The notes under the pieces: model-generated
Databases searched by the model: none
Told to the model about the DNA's origin: nothing
The model's input: only the letters and a program-made list of their open reading frames with translations
Program-made: the position numbers and the translations under genes
Shown: in pieces, positions 1 to 10,800 of the stretch
How positions within the stretch are numbered: position 1 is the stretch's first letter
Layout of the letters: each line of letters starts with the position of its first letter
Virus record (IMG/VR): IMGVR_UViG_3300037851_001498
Location: 1-46,363 of that record
Direction: 5' to 3' (one strand)
DNA from: a virus
Taxonomy: Duplodnaviria > Caudoviricetes
Length of the DNA stretch: 46,363 nt

Positions 1-744
1 TCATCCGCCGGACGGCGCTGGTATCCCCTCCAGGAACGCCTCGGCTACAGCCCGGACGCCATTGATGTCGAACTGCTTGATCCAATCCAGCGTGACCCCC
101 TGTGGGGATGATGGCAGATCAATCCTGAGCAGGTCGGCGATGTCTCTGGCGTCGGCCAACAACTCGTAAGAATCACGAACGCCCTGGTCCTCCAACATTT
201 GCGCAAGAATGGCTTTGATGCTTTCCTGGTAGGATTCTCCCTCTGCCTTCTCGATGGCAGCGTAGCTGAGCGCCACGTGATGAGCGAGTTTGGGGTTGTT
301 CGCCCAAACGTATTTTCCGGCATGCCTTGCGGCGATCTTGGCCGATGCCAGCCTGGCCCTGGAATCGGTTTGGTTGACTGCGCAGGCATTAAAGATGGCG
401 GGAAAGAGAAGAAGGAACGAACAGATAACGGCCATGGCCAGGATGGGCCACATATTCACGGCACACCCGCTTGCGCCGGTCAGTCCTGGTGTCCCGCTGG
501 TGACCGCTGGTGCCTTCTTCGAGCGGTGCTTGCTCCACCACGAGGCCCCTGCCGCCCATGCGCCGCTCAGACAGGTAATAACATCACCGAACGAGACGAT
601 GGCCTGCGCGAGGCCCTCACTGATAATCTTGATGTGCTCCTGGGCGATACTGAGTTGCCCAATCTGGGAGATGACGATCAAGATCGATGCGATCATCGCC
701 GAATAGCGGCCGCGGGCCGCCGAAATCAGGTTGCTGTCTTGCAT
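1..744 (-). CDS. Membrane protein, holin-like N-terminus fused to a lipoprotein-like helical domain (247 aa)
   Basis: SD AAAGGAGG then ATG at 744 (shorter than the ORF-track start at 885); two N-terminal hydrophobic segments ending WWSKHRSKK, third hydrophobic segment ending FNAC; at end of late operon. Confidence 0.55.
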   Translation of the reverse strand: MQDSNLISAARGRYSAMIASILIVISQIGQLSIAQEHIKIISEGLAQAIVSFGDVITCLSGAWAAGASWWSKHRSKKAPAVTSGTPGLTGASGCAVNMWPILAMAVICSFLLLFPAIFNACAVNQTDSRARLASAKIAARHAGKYVWANNPKLAHHVALSYAAIEKAEGESYQESIKAILAQMLEDQGVRDSYELLADARDIADLLRIDLPSSPQGVTLDWIKQFDINGVRAVAEAFLEGIPAPSGG

Positions 745-809
745 ATGACCTCCTTTAATTTTAATCCCCGGGCACCAGCGGGATAGCCGGCATGATCTCA
801 TTCCAGTCT

Positions 810-1142
810 TCAAGGCGCTCCTTTGCTGCCATACTTCAACCACACCCCCACTGCGGCCAACCCGATAATGGCGAAGACGATCCACTTCACGGCTGCCATT
901 GCGATCTCGCCGCCGGCCTTTTCACCCCAACGGCGTACCTTGTTTATGAATTCAACCGATTTGCTGAATGATTCGATCCCCTTCTCTACGTTTCCTTCAC
1001 CAATGGCCTGGAAGCGACCAAACAGGTGCACTACGTGATCAGGGTGGCCGCATCGGCATTCCGGCATGCGTTTGGATACAGCATCTGCGATTGCATCGAT
1101 TTCTTCTTGCGTGAGATGGGGCAGTGGCATTTTGTCACCCAT
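810..1142 (-). CDS. Small phage membrane protein (possible holin/lysis accessory)
   Basis: LTQEEIDAIADAV N-terminus, single C-terminal TM (WIVFAIIGLAAVGVWL) with basic tail; overlaps FN3 gene stop; start may be 1130. Confidence 0.6.
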   Translation of the reverse strand: MGDKMPLPHLTQEEIDAIADAVSKRMPECRCGHPDHVVHLFGRFQAIGEGNVEKGIESFSKSVEFINKVRRWGEKAGGEIAMAAVKWIVFAIIGLAAVGVWLKYGSKGAP

Positions 1143-1554
1143 TGGATGGGGTTAACAATATATCCTGAATCTCCATAAACCCTTGGATGATCTTCTCAAG
1201 TGCCTGGCGAAGCTTTTGCGGCACGGATGGTGGCGGCATCTCGGTCACGACCTCATTGGAGTTGCCGCTTTCGACAATGCTGCCGCTGATATTGCCCTTA
1301 ACATAGGCCCGGACCACGAAGGCATTTTCCAGGCCATCGGGCACGGTTACTTCGCAAGTGGTATCACTGCCCTCCCAGATCGGTTTCGTGTAGTCAAACT
1401 CGGCCCCCGTTCGTTGGAATAGTCGATAGCCGGTGGGTGTACCGTTCTCGGGCGGGTCCCATCGCAGGGTGACTTCTTTCGCTTGCACAGTGCAGACACT
1501 GAATAGAAGGAGCAAAGCTAAGGCGGTGAGTACGTTTGTAAATTTTATTTTCAT
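1135..1554 (-). CDS. Secreted fibronectin type III domain protein (139 aa)
   Basis: SD AAAGGA, ATG 1554; Sec signal MKIKFTNVLTALALLLLFSVCTVQA; FN3 motifs VTLRWDPP..TGYRLF..FVVRAY..ESGNSNEV; C-terminal amphipathic helix. Confidence 0.8.
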   Translation of the reverse strand: MKIKFTNVLTALALLLLFSVCTVQAKEVTLRWDPPENGTPTGYRLFQRTGAEFDYTKPIWEGSDTTCEVTVPDGLENAFVVRAYVKGNISGSIVESGNSNEVVTEMPPPSVPQKLRQALEKIIQGFMEIQDILLTPSNG

Positions 1555-1661
1555 TTGAAACGATCCTTTCTTGAGTGAGTATTGCTGCCGCAATTTTATT
1601 GATCCGGCCCAAATCGGACGTGTCGGTTTACCCTATGTAGATCGTTTGCGGCACATGACAC

Positions 1662-2945
1662 CTATTGAAAAGCCCCAGACATGCCTGAAGGAGATCCGCA
1701 GCCACCATGCTGCAATGTGATCGCGGAGCTGTTCTCCATAGCTTCAATGATCGATTGAATCACCACGGCACCGCCCGTCTCTCGTTGGACGACGGTGGGA
1801 TATGCGCCGGACTCCATCGCATAAATGCCCCCCTCAATTCCCAAGGCGTTATATCCATAGGATTCGATCTGGCCGCGCCTAAAATTGGTGTTGTAATCGG
1901 TGACCATGTTGAAGGCAGAATCGAGCAGATAATTGGCCACATCGTTGGTGTTGAGCGCGACGACAATGGCATCGAGCTCGGACACTATCCAGTCGTCATA
2001 AGTTGCATCGTAAACCAGGCGAGGCTCTGAATAGTTGTTGGAGTGGAAGTCAAAGCACACGGTCACATTGGCCTGGACCTCATCAATCTTCGAATGGATC
2101 AGAAACGTCTCTGGCGGTTCGGTAGAGCTGTTGGGGCCGCCTACATCCCAACCGCGATTGCCATCCAAGCCATTATCCATGGACCTGGACCGGCCGGCCC
2201 AGACCCCATCCGGATTATTCATTGGGAAAACATGCAGTACGGACTTTCTTCTCAACTCAACAGCGGCGGCATTGCTCGACAATATCCAGTCAAGAAAACC
2301 GGCCATAGCGTGAGAGGCCTGTGGTTCGCCTGGATGGGACCGGCCGGTGATCACCATCTCGAAACGATTCGTGTAGTATCCTGGCTCCTCGATGAGCATG
2401 TAATAAACGTTTCGGCCGCCCTGGGAATGCGTGACGCCTGCGTGGGACAGGGCTGACACCTGGCAATAGGCGCTGGCGTCCCAGCCGGCCACGTCCGCCA
2501 CCAGGTCCGACCAAGTGTAAGGGTGGTCCATAGCGATATAGACGGTGTCAGCGGCAAGGATCGGCAACGTGAATTGCAGGACCTCGCCGCTGTACGAATC
2601 GATTGAAGCCAACCGATACCATGTCTGCTGATCGTAGGAGTAAACGGGGCGCACCGCGCCATGCGTACCCGGCCAATAAGGCCCTCCGGATCGGGTGTTA
2701 TTGAAGTCTACCCGCACCACTGGAGCAGTACCGATGACATCTGACAGTGCGAAATAAAACCAATCGCCCCAGGAAGTAGCGGCAGGGCTCGGGTCACATT
2801 CGGTGACGACGTTGAAGGTCCCGGCTGGATTCTCGAATGTTGAGGCGGGCACGCCATTGCCGCCTTCGAAACTGCTATCCAGGGTAGCGGCGCCGATGCT
2901 GCCCGGCGAAATGAGCAGCAGTATAACACACAGATATCTAATCAC
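1662..2945 (-). CDS. Secreted M14 zinc carboxypeptidase, CCP/Nna1-like
   Basis: Signal peptide; SSFEGGN, WFYF, HPYTWSDL, RSHPGE (HxxE), PMNNPDGV, DGNRGW, FDFHS and IEGG motifs. Confidence 0.85.
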   Translation of the reverse strand: MIRYLCVILLLISPGSIGAATLDSSFEGGNGVPASTFENPAGTFNVVTECDPSPAATSWGDWFYFALSDVIGTAPVVRVDFNNTRSGGPYWPGTHGAVRPVYSYDQQTWYRLASIDSYSGEVLQFTLPILAADTVYIAMDHPYTWSDLVADVAGWDASAYCQVSALSHAGVTHSQGGRNVYYMLIEEPGYYTNRFEMVITGRSHPGEPQASHAMAGFLDWILSSNAAAVELRRKSVLHVFPMNNPDGVWAGRSRSMDNGLDGNRGWDVGGPNSSTEPPETFLIHSKIDEVQANVTVCFDFHSNNYSEPRLVYDATYDDWIVSELDAIVVALNTNDVANYLLDSAFNMVTDYNTNFRRGQIESYGYNALGIEGGIYAMESGAYPTVVQRETGGAVVIQSIIEAMENSSAITLQHGGCGSPSGMSGAFQ

Positions 2946-3613
2946 GCGGATACCGTCCTTAAAATGGATGCAAGGCCGAATGAGGTGGTAGACTGACTCC
3001 AGGAGCGCGTTGCGGGTGGCGTGGAGCCCACTGACTCGGACGAATACTCATTCGCAGGCGTCACTACGCCACCATCCCACGATAACCCGAAATTATTACC
3101 GGTCCCGCCCCCATCGAAAGCCACCCCGAAGCGCAAGGCGGCGCCCGAGAGAAAATTCAATGATCCTGAAGACACCTCGGCCAGGGCAATTTCGCCGGAC
3201 CATGTCCCGGCCTCCAGAAAATTTAAGATGTCATAGTAGCCGATCAGGTTCGCCCCGCTGAACAGGACCGCCCAGACATACAGACCTTCGACCATCTCTT
3301 CCGGGGCGCCCCTCATGTTCACATGGGTGGCCGTCCCGTTGTAGGTGGCATCCCAGCGACGGCAGTAGGTCCTGTCGGCCGTATTTATATATCCCTGCCA
3401 GGCACCCACGGGGCTTGAAGGCACGCCACTTGAGTTCGGGAACCCCTCCCAATGATCCGTGGCCCCTCCAATTATCTGCCTTTTGGCCGATGACTTCTTA
3501 TGGCCTGCCCAAGCGATTACTTCCTCGACTTTGCATCCGACGCTAAATAGACCCATTGCCCCGGCGGCGGCGAAGACATCGGATAGGAATCTGCGTCTGG
3601 TAATTGGTAGCAT
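2942..3613 (-). CDS. Twin-arginine (Tat) signal protein, possible lipoprotein/adhesin (223 aa)
   Basis: TRRRFL twin-arginine motif, hydrophobic stretch, SVGC lipobox-like; TGATG coupling to upstream gene; beta-rich Gly/Trp/Ser body. Confidence 0.7.
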   Translation of the reverse strand: MLPITRRRFLSDVFAAAGAMGLFSVGCKVEEVIAWAGHKKSSAKRQIIGGATDHWEGFPNSSGVPSSPVGAWQGYINTADRTYCRRWDATYNGTATHVNMRGAPEEMVEGLYVWAVLFSGANLIGYYDILNFLEAGTWSGEIALAEVSSGSLNFLSGAALRFGVAFDGGGTGNNFGLSWDGGVVTPANEYSSESVGSTPPATRSWSQSTTSFGLASILRTVSA

Positions 3614-4770
3614 CAATCCGCTGCGCCTCCATTTGTTACATCTCCCTTGATTTCATCGATGTACCAGCGATTCTCTTCCAGGCAGGTGACGCATACGCGG
3701 TTGTTGGCGCCCATGGCCAAGTCGGCTTCATAGTTGGCGGTCAGGACCGTCCCGTCCTCCAGGACAAAGGCATCAGACGTGGTATCGCCGTACATTGCGA
3801 GCTGTATTTGCTCAGCAGCATCCCGCTCCCTAACCTCAACGAACGCGCCGATGGTGGAGGACGAGCAGTCGGGAAGACCGACTTCGCCAGGTCCGGTCAT
3901 GAGGATGATTGAGCCGAAATCGGCGGTTGTGAGATTGATCCCGCTGGAGGCGGAAACCACCCTGGCGCGACCATTGATTGTGCCGGTGGTGGAAATGTTG
4001 CTTGTAGATAGACCTATGTGGGTCAGCAGAAAATCGGTGGTCCAGTTAGTCCCGTTTGCCAACCGCCATTTTCCATCGTACCAGGCCAGCCGGCCGAGCG
4101 TGGCTGGCAATGTGATGACTACCGTGTTATCCGCTTCCAGGAAATACTCACCGTTGGCGGCACTGGATGCAAAAGATGGTGCGCGGATAGGTTTATTGAA
4201 AGAAAATTCCGCATCGCTGATCTGCAAATTTGGATCTACGCCATCCCCTGTGTTCCAGGTCCATAGCTGCGCACCGTTCGTGGCCGAGCCCCACACGATG
4301 TCATCGAATCCAGTTGTCTGGATCAAAATGGCGTCGATCATATCGTTGTCGATCAGATCTCCGGGCAGATCATCGATATGGGCCAGCCCACCGACCGTGA
4401 TATCCTCAATGGCCGTTTCCAACGTCTGCAATATGTCTTTCAGGACCTGATCGTCAGGAATTGTGGAGCCCAAAAAACTACCGAAAGTCAAAGAGCCGGC
4501 GGGCATACCGATCAGCGCCCAGAGGCTATCTGTTTGCGCAGTCGCGGTATAGCCGCATTCCCACCCACCCGATACGCTCCAAACCTTTGTCTGGCCGGCG
4601 CTGCACGCCAGCTTGTCTTCCTTGGAGTTGACGACTTGTTTGATCTCGTTCGCGTCGGCCGGGGTGAATGGTGAGTCTAACGCCTTATCCGGGTAGGTAA
4701 TACTGAGGGCGTTCGCATTCGGCAAATAGGCCATGAACGCTATCAGCAAGCCGAGGTATATTCTTTTCAT
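3613..4770 (-). CDS. Tail-fibre-like protein with Sec signal peptide (385 aa)
   Basis: SD AAAGGGGG, ATG 4770; MKRIYLGLLIAFMAYLPNANA signal; Thr/Ser/Gly-rich fibre-like segments; C-terminal LT.AD.G..I.MTG...LP domain typical of fibre tips. Confidence 0.65.
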   Translation of the reverse strand: MKRIYLGLLIAFMAYLPNANALSITYPDKALDSPFTPADANEIKQVVNSKEDKLACSAGQTKVWSVSGGWECGYTATAQTDSLWALIGMPAGSLTFGSFLGSTIPDDQVLKDILQTLETAIEDITVGGLAHIDDLPGDLIDNDMIDAILIQTTGFDDIVWGSATNGAQLWTWNTGDGVDPNLQISDAEFSFNKPIRAPSFASSAANGEYFLEADNTVVITLPATLGRLAWYDGKWRLANGTNWTTDFLLTHIGLSTSNISTTGTINGRARVVSASSGINLTTADFGSIILMTGPGEVGLPDCSSSTIGAFVEVRERDAAEQIQLAMYGDTTSDAFVLEDGTVLTANYEADLAMGANNRVCVTCLEENRWYIDEIKGDVTNGGAAD

Positions 4771-4773
4771 TCG

Positions 4774-4851
4774 GCCCCCTTTGCCAATGGGATGATCGTG
4801 CGGCTTCATGACATCATATCCGCACAATGGGCCCGCAAATAGCAAAGGGGC
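4774..4851 (-). promoter_or_regulatory. Structured intergenic leader whose outer stem pairs with the SD of the 4770 gene
   Basis: Minus strand CCCCUUUGCUA (4850-4840) pairs with UGGCAAAGGGG (4786-4776); inner GUGCGG/CCGCAC stem. Confidence 0.5.
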
Positions 4852-4867
4852 TTGAGCCAATTAAAGG

Positions 4868-7800
4868 CTATCTGGCCATTTCCTCCTCGGGCTCCTGAAT
4901 CATTTCGCCGATAAGGTAGGTGCGCTTGTACCAGTCGAGGGCCATTTTGAGCCTTCGCTCCTGATCGGGATTCAACGATTTGCGGAATTCGAACCGATCC
5001 TTTTTAGGGATGGATGCAAGTGGATGTGAACGGCGTATGGACTCGATACGCCCCCTCGGGGTGCCGCCGAGTTCATAGTATTTGGTCAAATAGCGGTGGG
5101 CGGCATCGATGTCGCCGAACTTCATGGCTTGCTTGTACCAGTAAAGGGCATTGCCCTTCTTGTTCGGTCGGCCTCCGAAGCGCTTCTCGTCACCCTTTTT
5201 CTCAAGCCATTCAAACGCCGCGGATCTGGTATCATAATAGGCCATCTCGCCTGGATCTGAATCGTAGGACATTACTCCGGTCAGATCTTCAACCAGTTGC
5301 TGCATGGCCTGGACCGCCGCCGGCGCGCCGGGGGTCTTCCCGCGTGATGGGCGACCCATCGCCGACCGATAGATCGAATCGAGCTTGAAGGTTTTCATCA
5401 AATGCTCTACCCGGTCGCGCACCGGCCTGGGAGTAAAGACGTCGGGGTAAAGCGTGTACCCGCTGGTCACTTCGCCAAACGACTTGATGTCGGGTCGCAA
5501 GGACTGCACGCCTCGATTGACGAGCGCGCTGTAGGCATCCTTGGCCATGGCGATCGTCTTTTCCCCGAGGCTCATTCCGCCCTTAACGACATCCTTTACA
5601 TCCTGGGGCCAATCCTCAAGACCGAAGAAGGATAGGGCATCGGACCAGGCGCCCTGGAACCGTACCGTCATAATCGAACCATCTTCACGCCTTCCAAGAA
5701 TCAGGTGCAATTGGCGTCGGCCGGACTCGCCAAGCTCCTCCTCTTCGTCCGGATGGAGCAGCATGTTCCAGAGCATGATCAAGCCGTAAAGGATGTTGGC
5801 GCGCAGGGCCAGCTTGGCGGCTGACATGACCATCCGCTTGCCGGTGACCGCCGCCACCCGGCCGGCGGCCGAACCGGTCTCCCGGTTCTCGTACTTGGAG
5901 TTGCGCATCATGTAGACGTAGCGCGGGGCATTGATCTCCAGCCAGGAATAGAAGGGGATCAAGCGTTTCCTCAGCCACTCACCGGTCTTACTGATGTTGC
6001 CGTAATCTCCCAGCAGCTCGCGGGCCAGCTTGGCGGCGCGCTCGTTTTTGTCCTCGATGGCATTGACCTCTTCGACTTTGGAAACGCCATAGAGCCGCTT
6101 GTCCGCATTTTCCTTGAAGAAACGGTAGGCCGCAAGCCGCAGCACGTTTTCGCGGAAGCCTGTCATCTGCTGCACAAATTTCCAATAATTCTCAATCCAG
6201 GTCTTCGGCGAAGCCTTGCTCGGTGACTCCTGGAGGATTGCGTGCTTAACGAATCCATCCATCGAGAGCACCTTCAGAACGTCGTTGACCTCCTGCACCG
6301 AAAACCCGGACCCGATAACGCCAAGGCGCCGGGCTTCGGTGAGTTCGCTCTTTAGCGCCGTGGGCATCTCCTTGCCGTGCATGAAGGCCAGCAGGTCCTT
6401 GGCCGCGTTGAAGGCATAGTGCTTGGAGGCGATTTCCGGAGCATAGGCAAGGCAGATATCCAAGTCGCCGCTCATGTTATTCAGGTTGTAGCGCAGCACA
6501 CTGTAAGGGTTCAGCAGGATGTATTGTTTCCAGAACGATTGCAGCCAATCGGCCTTCTTGCCAAGCCATGACGGCTCGGAAGTCTCATAGAACTTATCCA
6601 TGGTTTCGGCCAGCCCCTGGGGGATCACCCAGATCAACTCACGGCCGCGGGCCAGCACCTTGCGGAATTCGGCGTCCTTGGGGTCCAGTTCGCCGGCAAT
6701 CATTCGGTTGATCATGGACTCGGTGACGGTCGATGCCCAGAACCATCCTTTCCCGGGTTCAGGCTTCCAGGTGGTGTAACCCTCGGGGATGAGGTTCTGG
6801 AAGGTGAGGAAGTTATCTCCCAACTCGTTTTTGATAAAGCGGTCACGCTCCTTGATGGCCTTAAAGATGGTGGCCGAATAGTTGGCGCCATTGAGCTTGC
6901 GGTCCAGCAGGTAGGATAGGAAATGGAACCACCGGGGGTCGTCAAACCCAAAGCTCCCGACGTCTCCGATGTTGTCCTCCATCTCCTTCAAGTCGCGGTG
7001 ATTGTTGTAGGCATCGGCCAGGGCCTGCACGAAGTCGGACCAATCGCTGTCATATTCCAGCTTGTCCTCGGCGGCCATGCGCCCGAGACCTTCGTTCGAC
7101 CAGGCGATCATCGCCTTGATGGCCTGCAACTCCTTGCTCTTTTCCTCACCGGTGAGCGGATCTACATCGAGACGGCCCTCGGCGCGGAGCTTTTCCCAAA
7201 GGTTGGTCCAATTCTGATCCTTGGCCTGGTATTTCAGGTCTGAATAGATGTCAGCCTCGGCCTTGATGCGTTTGAGCGTCTCGACCGTTTCAAGCTGGGC
7301 CAATTGCTGGGACACGGCCATGAACTCGGCCTCGACGTACTCGGTGTTGTAATCGAGGGCAGATCCCTTGCGGGCGGCCATCCAGGGGCGCCACTTGGTT
7401 CGGACCTCGCCGGACCCAACCGAAAGCCCATATTTGTCGGTCCAGTATTGAAGCACCTGATGATGAAAATAGTCTTCATCGTCCAGAACCTCACGCTTCA
7501 GCAGCTTGGCCTTGACCAGGCGCTCCTTGATGCCGTTGATCATGTCGTTGCGGCGAGTGAGAGCCCGGGATACCTCCGGGTTATCGACGACCAGCTTCTT
7601 GTAATCATCAAGGGCCTTGAGGACCTCCTCCTTGGTCTTGAATCCAAACGGCAGATGGCCGTCATCAAGCAGCCCCTTATTGATATCCCGGGCCATGTCG
7701 GCCAGGATGATGTTCATGCGATAGACCTCGAATCCGTCTTTCGACAAGTCGCGGGTCAATCCCTGGATCATCTGGATGGCCTTCAGCTTGACGGTTTCGG

Positions 7801-10800
7801 GTATCTCCTGGTGGATGCGCAGCAGGTCGTTGAGCTTTGCGCGCAGGGCCTTGTCAACGATCTTTTGCAGGGATGGGAAGTGGGCCCGTTGTCGGCCGAA
7901 CTCCTTCAGGTCCTCGACAATCCTTTCCCAAACCTTGGCAAGCGGAACCCCCCTGGCGGCCTTCATGCGGACCTGAACTTCAGGAGACAAGACTTCGGCG
8001 TGATCAATCTTCTTATCGTTCTTGCGGGCGAACAGGGGCATGCCCTCGCGCAGGGCCTTTTGGCGCATCTCAGGGGTGATGGGAAGTGAATGCACAACGA
8101 GATTTCCATCTTCATTCAGGGCATCGAGCGGTAGTTTTTCAAACTGACCGTCCGTAAATGAATCGGTTGAAATCTCACCTTGCACCACCTTGCCATGGCC
8201 CCAAACCTTTTTGCCGAAGAAGGCGTTGACCTCGGCGGGGAGGATGCGGTCATAGAAGCCCTTCATACCTTCGCCGCCGATCTTGAGATCGAGGCCGGAA
8301 AGCCGTTTTATCCAACCACCATTTGGGTTACGCTCCCATTCTTGAGCGAGCAGTTTTTCAGCAGCATCTTTCCCGATATAATCAGCGATATCATCCTCTT
8401 TGGATATCGTTCTATCAATACCCGGCCTGTCTCTATGATCGACACCGATCAGGCTGTGATAAGGCGAGTCTATCAGTGAAGCCTCAATACGAACTTCTTT
8501 GAGGTGCTTGCTCAGATCATACCGCTCGGCCTGCACATCACCAGGCGTCCACGAGATGGCGTCAAAGCCGTTTTCTGCGGCGTAGCGGACCATGCGTTTG
8601 AAGGCCAGCATGGGCCAAGTCTTTTTCCAGGGGGCGTCTGGGACAGCGCCGGATATTTCCATGGCGCCCTGCACTGCGAGCTCCTTGGTCTTATCGGCGA
8701 ATATTTGCTGGCCATTTTTATCGTAAACTGCCCATGGGTTACCAAGACGGGCAGACGTTGGCCGAGACTCTTTCACTACCCACCCTTCAGGCAATATGCC
8801 TTTATACCCACTCTTGCGCCCCTTCTGATGCCAATCGCTTTGGATCTCCTCGATGAAAAGCATCTTTTTACCGTTCGGGCTGGTGCGGTCGTTGAAGCGG
8901 ACGTGGGCGAGGACGTTGGGTTCGGACCAGTGGGAAGAATGGAACTCGGTTACTCCGCTACGATCAAACAGATTTCCAAATTCATCAGATAGTTTTTCCA
9001 GACGCCGAAGGGTGCTCAAGTCTTCGGCTGAAAGCTTTTTTCTGTTCTCGTAACTTGCCCAGCCGTATCCATATTTTTCACGCATTGATGCTGTAAATGT
9101 TTCCCACTCACGTTTCCATAATGTCTGCGTGTCAGGCCTTTGCGGCAACGTCAGCAGTAACTCCTTGTAGTTCTCGCCTCCGGGGAGCTGATACTGGCTG
9201 AATTTCGTATCTTTTAGGATATCCTCAGAATCAGCGGACTTCTCGACATCAATGACCTGCACGGCATTGGAGTCCAGATAGTTCAAAACCTGCTGCTTTA
9301 TAACCTTTCCATTTTGCTCTTCGAACCATTGGAGCAGGCCGGACCATTCCAGCTCCTCGGCCTTGAATTCCCCTTTTTTCGCCCAGGACTCCAGAGTGGC
9401 CTTTACCTGCGCGGCCGGCCCGTTGGTCATCTTCTGCGCGATCACGTTGCGCATCTGAGAATACCACTTATCCGCCTTTGGCGCCGACATGAGTCGGGCT
9501 CCTTTGTTGCGCGCCGCGGTCGCGCCGGCGGCCTGCCGCTTCGCATACTCGGCAAAGGCGTCGGCGGCCGCTTCCCGGGCGGCTTGGATATCCTTGATGT
9601 AGGGCGAGGGGGCACCGGGGGTCACTTGAAGCCGGTTTATGATCTTCAGCAGGAACTTCTTGACGGCATCAACGATGCTTTGAAAAATGGATGGCTGGCG
9701 CTTGGCCAGTGCATCCCAGAACTCCTTTTCTCCCATCTGATCGCCAACAAAATCAGCCAACAGCTCTTCCATGGCCCGATCTTCTGACAGATTGACACCT
9801 TCCCTTTTGGTCAATTCATCCATGCGCCGCTGGTACTCGTCGAAGTTCCGGATCAGGTCACGCACAGCGTCCAGAAACTGGAAGTAGAGGTCCTCATGGT
9901 CGCGGCGAAGTTCGTGGAGCAACTCATGCCCCACGACGGTCATGTGCGGTTTTTTTGATGTGGCGTTGAGGTAAATGCGGTTGTTGCCGATGGTCACGCC
10001 ATCGAAGTCCACCAGATCAGGGCGATGGTTATAGACGTGGGTTACTTGCTTTCCGAAGATTGCTGCGAGTCTTTGCGCGAAAGCATGAGGACCGTCAGGC
10101 ATGGCTTGGGGGGCTTCAGTGATTGTGCCGGTAGGTATCGGTCGAGATTGATAATCTTCGATGGCTTTTCGGAGCAGCTCGGCGGCTTCGGTGATTGTTC
10201 CATAGTCATGGCCTTTTTGAAGTTTGCGCTTCGATGGTACGTTGGCCTTGCCTTTCTTGTCAATGTGCCGCCGCGAAAACATCGGCGTCAGACGCGGTCC
10301 GGCCTTCGCTTCGATGGAGATGATCGGTTTAAAGTCGATCACCTTCTTGATGATGCCGGCGGCCTGGCCATTGGTCGGGATAAAATAGCGGTTGCGGTAC
10401 TGGATGTTCTCAACAATCAGGCCGACCTGGCGAGCCCAATGGATCGTATCGTAATCGGGGCCAATGACCTCGATGCGCTCATCACCAGAAACGACCGCCC
10501 GCCTGATCGCCCATTTATCGGACAAGCGGACCAGGGCGCTTTGGTTCATTACCCGCTCTTTGATCTCTTCCGGGGATACCTCGACTTTTCCGGACGCGAT
10601 ATCGAGAGCCAGCATGGTTTGCTGCAGGTCTTCGGTGGGGATCACGCGGCCCAGGTACCGCTCACCGTCATCGGTCTGCATACGATAGACGGTGGCCTTG
10701 CCGGTCAATCGGTTCCAGATCGGCAGAATGTTTCCGGTAATCAGGTGATGCCGTGCGGTGCTGGTCTTTGGGGCCGCATCGTACTCGGCCTGCCATGCCT

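Noticed and set aside
1662-2945. M14 peptidase as the phage endolysin
   Set aside because: Carboxypeptidase motifs do not indicate a lytic enzyme; the endolysin may lie outside the window
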